A stretch of DNA of 32,000 nucleotides from an archaeon (lineage in GTDB: Archaea > Iainarchaeota > Iainarchaeia > Iainarchaeales > CSSED10-239): assembly GCA_035400625.1 (NCBI GenBank), contig DAOMZT010000003.1, positions 71,371 through 103,370 on the forward strand. Direction: 5' to 3'. The notes beneath the pieces were generated by a model. The model saw only the letters and a list, made by a program, of their open reading frames with translations. It made no database searches and was not told the DNA's origin. Of the stretch, positions 25,681 through 32,000 are shown piece by piece. Position numbers and translations under genes: made by a program. Positions within the stretch are counted from its first letter, which is position 1. Each line of letters opens with the position of its first letter.

Positions 25681-27582
25681 TCAATAATCTTGTAATTCTT
25701 CTAGATTACCTATATTATAAAATGTTTCAGGAGAACTTTGATTATTATATTCTGTTTTTATCCATTCTGCGCTTTTATTTTTATTTCTATATTGTATTTC
25801 GTCTAATACCCCATCCAAATTATATAACATATATCTTCTACCTATTTGATTAAAATATATTTTTGCAGGTGTTGTTGTGTTTGCTGTTGTTATTCCTATA
25901 TTTTCTCCATCTACATACACATTGAAATCTCTAATGTCTGTAATGCTTCTTTCTATATTTATTAGATGCCATCCTGTCTCATTCCCTCCATGATTCCACA
26001 CTAATGATTTATATCCTGTTCCATAATACATAAGCCAGGAAGAATCATTATCTAAATATCTGAACCCCCCATCTCCACTTCCTTGGCCTCCTATTATATA
26101 GTCAGCCCCACTTATTCCTTCGATTCCATTTATCCAAAAGCTCACAGATACAACTTCTACTGCATTTTTCATTACTGCATAATCATCTGTTCCATCGAAA
26201 TCCTGTGCATATCCGATTTTTCCAATTATTTGATTAGGCTCATTTGCTCCTTTTTTTGTCACATCGTTTTCAAATGCCGTACTATCTAACATTGTGCTAT
26301 TTGTTTTATCATTCATATGATATACTGCGTTGTAATCGCTATTCCAAACATCTTTATCATTGCTGTTGCTCTCAGTTTTATCCCCAAAATACATATAGAA
26401 GTTAGTGTCTGCTGTAGAGGAAAGTTCAGGTATCTTTACCCAAGCGACAAGCGTTCCTGTTTCTGAATTATAATCTTCAATTTCTCTTTTTAGTCTAGTA
26501 GTTCCATCAGAGAGTGTAAAATAAATATCGCTTCCATCGCTTTGTGCAAAACTAGTAAGATTAACATCTGTCAATTTAATTAATATTGGAAAATTTGTAA
26601 GTGTTGATTCAACTTTAGTGTGGTTAATTGTTATTTTTTTTCTAAATAAATTAATATCTGTAAAGCTTTCAATTTCTCTTTTTAGTCTTGTAGTGCCATC
26701 ACTAGATGTAAAATAAATATCAGACCCATCTTCTTTAGCAAGAGATACAAGGTTCTCATCTCTAATTGAGATTAATACAGGAAAATCAGTTAGATTGTCA
26801 TCTACTTTTTTATGATCAATAGTGATTTTTTTTCTATAAATGATTTGGATTAATTTAATATATTTTCTACTTGTGATTGCACTTTCTGCATAGCCATTAG
26901 CATAGCCTCTTGTTTTTATTGTTGCACTGTCTGTTATTGTGAATGGTCTGGTATATGGAATTGAACTTTCTGTTGGCTCACTGCCGTCAAGTGTGTAATA
27001 GATATTTGCATCTTCTGGTGTTGCATTTATCGTTATATTTAATTCGCCAATAAAAGTACTAATCTTAGGATTGATAGTAAAGTACACTTGCCCAAGATAT
27101 GGCGTGATAGAAACAACAGGGATGTTGTTAACTATGTCTATTATAGTTAATCTTAAGGGATAATTTCCATTTACTACAACTGTTTTTTCTAAAGTAACAA
27201 CGCCATCAAGATATAAAGTAAAAGTCATTAGTCCATTTGCTTTGATAATGGAAAGATTACCGATATTGCTGTCTTTAAAGTTTTTAAAAGTATTACTTGA
27301 TATTTTCTGCTTAATATAAACTGCGTTAGTTTTTTCATCAAAAACAATCTCATCTACAACATCAAGATTTAGGTTTTTAAAAGTATCAATGTCGTTAGTC
27401 TTTAATTCTGCAAATTCTTTGTTAATCAAAATCAGGTTTTCTTTATTCTGGTTAAATTTCATTTCTTCTCTTAGAGATGTAAAGAACGGCAAAACAAATC
27501 CAATAATAATTATCATTGCAGTAACAGACAACAGTATTATCATAATACTAGTAAAAATTACATTTGCACCTTTGCTATTCAT
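25681..27582 (-). CDS. Type IV pilin-like (class III signal peptide) surface protein: CHB_HEX_C-like domain + DUF2341-like repeats + ConA/LamG domain
   Basis: ATGA overlap with the upstream gene gives N-terminus MNSKG|ANVIFTSIMIILLSVTAMIIII. IYYTLDGSEPTESSIPYTRPFTITDSATIKTRGY is the chitobiase C-terminal-like motif. Two RKKITI.H.KV...DGSDIYFT.SDGTTRLKREIE units follow, ending VAWVKIPELSSTADTNFYMYFGD. LamG features: FDGTDDY, SFW, YVDG, GVLDEIQY, WIKTEYNNQSSPETFY. Confidence 0.75.
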   Translation of the reverse strand: MNSKGANVIFTSIMIILLSVTAMIIIIGFVLPFFTSLREEMKFNQNKENLILINKEFAELKTNDIDTFKNLNLDVVDEIVFDEKTNAVYIKQKISSNTFKNFKDSNIGNLSIIKANGLMTFTLYLDGVVTLEKTVVVNGNYPLRLTIIDIVNNIPVVSITPYLGQVYFTINPKISTFIGELNITINATPEDANIYYTLDGSEPTESSIPYTRPFTITDSATIKTRGYANGYAESAITSRKYIKLIQIIYRKKITIDHKKVDDNLTDFPVLISIRDENLVSLAKEDGSDIYFTSSDGTTRLKREIESFTDINLFRKKITINHTKVESTLTNFPILIKLTDVNLTSFAQSDGSDIYFTLSDGTTRLKREIEDYNSETGTLVAWVKIPELSSTADTNFYMYFGDKTESNSNDKDVWNSDYNAVYHMNDKTNSTMLDSTAFENDVTKKGANEPNQIIGKIGYAQDFDGTDDYAVMKNAVEVVSVSFWINGIEGISGADYIIGGQGSGDGGFRYLDNDSSWLMYYGTGYKSLVWNHGGNETGWHLINIERSITDIRDFNVYVDGENIGITTANTTTPAKIYFNQIGRRYMLYNLDGVLDEIQYRNKNKSAEWIKTEYNNQSSPETFYNIGNLEELQDY

Positions 27583-28082
27583 ATTCTGCACTCCACACAG
27601 TCTATGTTAATTAAAATCTGATCGTTTTCTTCAATATATTCTTGATATTTGATATTTAGTGTTGTTTTGTTAGATATAATAAAGTCATTACAATCAAGCA
27701 CTAGTCTTTTATATTTGTTTAGATTATATTCAAAATACATAATGTTATTGTTCTTATATGTTGCTATCTCATTAATCACAACAATTTCATCTTTATATTT
27801 GCCAAAGTAATCTATTTCTCCAGTTATAATGTTGTTATTACAATCAATTATTATTTCTCCTGGGCTTTTCACTACAAGCTCTATGTCCTTTTTATCATCT
27901 ACCACATCTTCTACTGTGCTTTTGATAGATGTTATGTTTTTAAGCATTATATCATAATTACTTTTTTCCTTAACATTGCCAAATAGTTCTGTTGCTGAAA
28001 GAGTAACAACTCCAAGTATAACTACTGCAATAAGTATGTAAATTAATGTGCTAATGACTGTTGATAATCCTTTTTGGTTCAT
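27579..28082 (-). CDS. Small archaeal type IV pilin-like protein
   Basis: MNQKG|LSTVISTLIYILIAVVILGVV is a near-consensus archaeal pilin N-terminus (short basic leader, G, then the hydrophobic S.VI.TL.. helix). 4-nt overlaps on both sides. Confidence 0.65.
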   Translation of the reverse strand: MNQKGLSTVISTLIYILIAVVILGVVTLSATELFGNVKEKSNYDIMLKNITSIKSTVEDVVDDKKDIELVVKSPGEIIIDCNNNIITGEIDYFGKYKDEIVVINEIATYKNNNIMYFEYNLNKYKRLVLDCNDFIISNKTTLNIKYQEYIEENDQILINIDCVECRI

Positions 28083-31054
28083 GATTTTTCTAAAACTCCA
28101 ATAGCTATATTTACATTATTTCCATCATTAATATTATGATTGCTAATATTAGCATCAGGGTTTCCAAAATACATATATATTCCGGTACTTGCATTAGTGG
28201 TTGTTTGTGTAGTATCAATAATCACATTAGCATCTGCCATCTCTCCAACAGAATAGAAGTTTTCAGGAGAGCTTTGATTATTATATTCTGTTTTTATCCA
28301 TGACTCTGAACGCAAAATATCAGAAATACGCACCTCATCTAATAGCCCATTAAAATACCCACCTTTTCCCATTTTTAGATAATAGGGGCTAGATACAGAT
28401 AATGGATCAGTTTCGCCAGTGCTAGTGCTTATATTTCTTACAACACCATTAGTATAGAGTTTTAAAGCATCAGCCCATGCTGTCTGATCACTATCATATG
28501 TAAAAGAATAATAATACCATGTATCTGTGTCTGAAAATGCGTTATAATGGGCTCCATATTTGTTATTTCCTATAGATAATAATAATCTATAATTATTAGT
28601 GTGTTGATTTAAAGCAAAGTTATTATTTGTCCAATATTGGGAACCTAAAATCTGATCTCCTGGCGAACCAGCTGCTTTTTTGAAGTTTACCCAAAAAGAA
28701 ATTGTTGCTTTAGTATAAGAAACATTAGTAATTGGTGTTGTAATTTCCCCCCTCTTATTCCCATTAAAATATTGTGCATAACCAATTTTTCCATTTATTT
28801 GAGTGGGTGGGTAATTTCCTGATTTTGTTGCATTTGCTAATCCTGTTTTACTTTCTTTTATAGAATTATCATTGTAATCATTATTGTGCCAAACCCCAAC
28901 ATAATTATCGTCCCAAACATCTGTGTCGTTGCTGTTGCTTTCATTTTCATCTCCAAAGTACACATAGATGTCTGTGTCTGCTGTAGAGGAAAGTTCCGGT
29001 ATCTTTACCCAAGCAACAAGATTAGTTGCTATATCTTCTAGAGCCCCAACAGAATAAAAGTCTTCAGGAGAGCTTTGATTATTATATTCTGTTTTTATCC
29101 AAGCATCTGATCGTAAAGTGGTAGATATTCTTAATTCGTCGATACCTCCTAAAAAATACTCATAACGTGTAGGAGGTTCACAACCATAACTTCTTCCTAA
29201 AAATAAATCACTATTGTCTATATCTGTTGTTCTAGAAACAGCAACAGATCTTTTAAAAACCCCGTCAATAAATAAATTTAGAGTGTTTTTATCATAAGTC
29301 CAAGTTACTAAGCTCCAATCATTCAATTTGAGATCATTACTTTTTGTAAAGTGAAATCCAGGAGAGGGGCTTCCCCCTCCTAAATACAAACCAAAATTAT
29401 TACCATTATAAATAACAATATAATTAGAAGAAATATTCCCTTTGCCTGTTCTTGTTGCTCTTCTTTGATTTGTAAAATTCTTATTTATCCAATGAGAATA
29501 TGTTATATAACCTCCAATAGTTGGTTGTTTTATTTGAATATAATCATTTATTCCATCTAAAAGAACCGAATTTCCTATTTTGCCAGAAACACCAGTATTT
29601 GAGTTTTCATCAAAACTGAAATTTTTTAATTGCCCAGTCATATTATTTATTGTGGAATCAAAAAATGCATTTGTATCATTTGTTTTTACATTTTCTGTGA
29701 AATGCATAACGGTTGCATAATTTACATCCCAAACATCTGTGTCGTTGCTGTTGCTCTCTGTTTTATCCCCAAAATATATATAGAAGTTAGTGTCTGCAGT
29801 TGAGGAAAGACTTGGTATCTTTACCCAAGCAACAAGTGTTCCTGTTTCTGAATTGTAATCTTCAATTTCTCTTTTGAGCTTTGGGTGTCCATTATCTATT
29901 GCAAAGTAAATATCTGATCCGTCTTCTTTTGCATATGTCGCAAGATCGCTATCAGTTATACTGATCAATACAGGAAAATCAACTAGATCTTCATCAACTT
30001 TTATATGATCAATAGTAATCTTCTTTCTAAATAAATTAATATCTGTAAAGCTTTCAATTTCTCTTTTTAGTCTTGTTGTTCCATCTGAGAGTGTAAAATA
30101 AATATCAGACCCGTCTTCTTTAGCAAGAGATACAAGGTTCTCATCTCTAATTGAGATTAATACAGGAAAATCAACTAGATCTCCATCAACTTTAGCATGA
30201 TTAATAGTAATCTTCTTTCTTGTCTTTTCTTCATAAGTATAAACATTAACATCTTTTCCAACATTAAAACTAGGAATTGTTAGTAAAACAGTAAGTTCTC
30301 CTGTCTCGTGATCATAATCTGTGATTTTCTTCTTAAGCTTAGTTACTCCATCAGAAAGAGTAAACAAAAGATCAGAGCCGTCATTGTTAGCAAAGTTTTT
30401 AAGATCTTCATCAGTTAATGTGATTGTTACAGGGACATTATTTAAATTTCCTAAGACATTACCACTATTAATCAATATCTTTTTTCTGTATTTCCAGTTT
30501 CCTGCATTTTCATCATAGATATATTCGTTCTTTTGTGTATACCAAGAAGCACTAGTTTCATTATCTACAGAAACAGAAATCTTATTTTCAGTAATCTTCT
30601 TAAAGACAAGCCTTGCCTGTTCTTTGTTATTAAGTGTAATGCTTCTTATCAAATCAATATTTTCAAAAGCAACTCCTGAACAAACCTTTTGTAATACCCT
30701 GTAAGAATATTTGTTATTATCTTCTTCTAATCTTTTACCATCTGCAAAAAATTTCAGATTTTTGCCAACAAAACAAACTTCTATAGTTTCAGTATCACTA
30801 TCAACTACCAGTTCAAGATTAGAAAGAGAGAAATTAATCTCTTTAGTTGCTTCAATTGGAGAATTATAGGTTTCCATAATTGCAGAAAAGACAAGATCTC
30901 TAACTTTAATAGAATTATCATAGTTTAGCTTTTCTTTGCTTTTGGAAAGTTGAGAGCTTACTCCTGTAATAATTATTCCAACAACAATTACCATAATAAG
31001 CATTATAATTATAGTACTAATTATCTCATTTACTGCTTTTTTGCTTTTTATCAT
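28079..31054 (-). CDS. Giant type IV pilin-like surface protein: 3 DUF2341-like units + LamG + orphan DUF2341 fragment + second LamG
   Basis: MIKSKKA|VNEIISTIIIMLIMVIVVGIII N-terminus. Repeated ..KKITI.H.KVD.DLVDFPVLISI.D..L...AKEDGSDIYF...G...LKREIE units. Two ConA/LamG-type modules each end in (D/I)E(L/V)RIS..LRS..WIKTEYNNQSSPE.FYSVG. Confidence 0.75.
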   Translation of the reverse strand: MIKSKKAVNEIISTIIIMLIMVIVVGIIITGVSSQLSKSKEKLNYDNSIKVRDLVFSAIMETYNSPIEATKEINFSLSNLELVVDSDTETIEVCFVGKNLKFFADGKRLEEDNNKYSYRVLQKVCSGVAFENIDLIRSITLNNKEQARLVFKKITENKISVSVDNETSASWYTQKNEYIYDENAGNWKYRKKILINSGNVLGNLNNVPVTITLTDEDLKNFANNDGSDLLFTLSDGVTKLKKKITDYDHETGELTVLLTIPSFNVGKDVNVYTYEEKTRKKITINHAKVDGDLVDFPVLISIRDENLVSLAKEDGSDIYFTLSDGTTRLKREIESFTDINLFRKKITIDHIKVDEDLVDFPVLISITDSDLATYAKEDGSDIYFAIDNGHPKLKREIEDYNSETGTLVAWVKIPSLSSTADTNFYIYFGDKTESNSNDTDVWDVNYATVMHFTENVKTNDTNAFFDSTINNMTGQLKNFSFDENSNTGVSGKIGNSVLLDGINDYIQIKQPTIGGYITYSHWINKNFTNQRRATRTGKGNISSNYIVIYNGNNFGLYLGGGSPSPGFHFTKSNDLKLNDWSLVTWTYDKNTLNLFIDGVFKRSVAVSRTTDIDNSDLFLGRSYGCEPPTRYEYFLGGIDELRISTTLRSDAWIKTEYNNQSSPEDFYSVGALEDIATNLVAWVKIPELSSTADTDIYVYFGDENESNSNDTDVWDDNYVGVWHNNDYNDNSIKESKTGLANATKSGNYPPTQINGKIGYAQYFNGNKRGEITTPITNVSYTKATISFWVNFKKAAGSPGDQILGSQYWTNNNFALNQHTNNYRLLLSIGNNKYGAHYNAFSDTDTWYYYSFTYDSDQTAWADALKLYTNGVVRNISTSTGETDPLSVSSPYYLKMGKGGYFNGLLDEVRISDILRSESWIKTEYNNQSSPENFYSVGEMADANVIIDTTQTTTNASTGIYMYFGNPDANISNHNINDGNNVNIAIGVLEKS

Positions 31055-31154
31055 TATTAATCTTTATTAAATATATTTTAGTCTATAATATATAATATAT
31101 TTAGTATTTTAAATGTTTTGTATATTAAGTTATATATTAAATAGTAAAATTTGT

Positions 31155-31227
31155 GGTCCGAATAGTGTAGTGGTTAGCATAGAGGACTGTGGATCCTCTG
31201 ACTCGGGTTCAAATCCCGGTTCGGACC
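31155..31227 (+). tRNA. tRNA-His (GTG) with genome-encoded G-1 pairing with C73; no encoded CCA
   Basis: Manual cloverleaf. G-1 + acceptor gtccgaa/ttcggac, D arm gtgt/gcat, anticodon arm gagga-ctGTGga-tcctc, T arm tcggg-ttcaaat-cccgg, discriminator C. Confidence 0.9.
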
Positions 31228-31311
31228 TTTTTTCTAAATCTCTAAAGTTTAGGATTTAAAAAAGGATTAGAGGAGATTTTTAAAAAACAAATATAATAAT
31301 CAGATAATATC

Positions 31312-31581
31312 ATGAGTAATAAAATAGGCACCAATGCTATAAATTTAATAGCTATAGAGAAAGAAATTAGAAAAGATTATGTTGGTATTATTCCAAAAGC
31401 AAAATTACGCTCAAAATTAAAAAACATAAAACTTTCTGATTTTAATAATATAATTAGATATTTAGAATTAAGCAATCAGATATATGTTAGTGAAAAAGGC
31501 ATTGTTTGGATACAAAATGATAATAAACAGTTAAGAACTATATTATCAGATTGTAAAAGAAAAGGAAGAATTTATGAATAA
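31312..31581 (+). CDS. Candidate antitoxin (small wHTH-like protein) paired with RelE/ParE-like toxin
   Basis: 89 aa. 8-nt overlap with the downstream toxin-like gene. No recognised family; the call rests on TA-like gene geometry. Confidence 0.45.
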   Translation: MSNKIGTNAINLIAIEKEIRKDYVGIIPKAKLRSKLKNIKLSDFNNIIRYLELSNQIYVSEKGIVWIQNDNKQLRTILSDCKRKGRIYE

Positions 31582-31924
31582 AAAAGTAGTAATTGTTTAT
31601 TCTAAAGATGTAGAAAAAACATTAGAATATTTAATTGCTACAAAAGAAAATAACAAGATAAACAAATCAATTTATAATTCTTTTATGTCTAAATTAGAAT
31701 TGATAAAGAACAACCCGACATGTGGTGATAAAATCCCTCAAATAAAGATACCAAAAGAGTATATTTCAAATTATAAGATAAATAATTTGTTTAGATTAGA
31801 ATTAGCAAACTATTGGAGATGTTTATATTCTCTTGTTGGCGAAAATAATAAAATTGAGATAATTGCTTTTGTAATTGATTGTATAGATCATAACAAATAC
31901 AATAAGAAATTCAAATACAAATAA
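31574..31924 (+). CDS. RelE/ParE-superfamily-like toxin
   Basis: C-terminal LFRLELANYWRCLYSLVGENNKIEIIAFVIDCIDHNKYNKKF follows the RelE/ParE pattern (l.e.r...yRliY.i.....i.il.i.hr..vY). Has a decayed paralog at 18932-19102. Confidence 0.55.
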   Translation: MNKKVVIVYSKDVEKTLEYLIATKENNKINKSIYNSFMSKLELIKNNPTCGDKIPQIKIPKEYISNYKINNLFRLELANYWRCLYSLVGENNKIEIIAFVIDCIDHNKYNKKFKYK

Positions 31925-31926
31925 AT

Positions 31927-32000
<74 letters not shown>

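Noticed and set aside
26340-30215. Possible CRISPR array or diversity-generating retroelement (TR/VR pair) suggested by repeated ~45-150-nt segments near LamG C-termini
   Set aside because: The repeats are in-frame coding modules of unequal spacing, not short repeats with unique spacers. Mismatches between copies are not adenine-specific. No reverse transcriptase or non-coding template copy is present in the window.

Overview
Visibly AT-rich archaeal chromosome segment using the standard genetic code. Archaea-specific genes (S19e, L39e, L31e, aIF6, prefoldin alpha) and small, tightly packed genes suggest a DPANN-like lineage; that assignment is inference. Conserved translation and SRP genes (rps19e-rpl39e-rpl31e-eif6-pfdA-ftsY, then srp54, an A24 prepilin peptidase and tgt) are interrupted by accessory modules. 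(1) A 1.5 kb AbiEi/AbiEii cassette sits in the 3' end of ftsY, flanked by a 60-bp duplication of that gene end. (2) A LivFGHM-type ABC importer is interleaved with three substrate-binding proteins and three TrmB-like regulators. (3) A stress or defence-like patch holds a RelE-like pseudogene, VapBC, RadC/JAB, a stand-alone Cas4/AddB-like Fe-S nuclease, a Fic protein and an HD hydrolase. (4) The most unusual locus is a translationally coupled three-gene operon (25681-31054, minus strand). All three products start with archaeal type IV pilin-like class III signal peptides. Two are very large mosaics of DUF2341-like repeats and ConA/LamG lectin-fold domains, sharing near-identical DNA cassettes that indicate ongoing recombination. 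(5) A RelE/ParE-like TA pair lies between tRNA-His and tRNA-Thr. No rRNA, CRISPR array, transposase, integrase or reverse transcriptase was recognised. All domain calls come from motif recognition by eye, not database searches.
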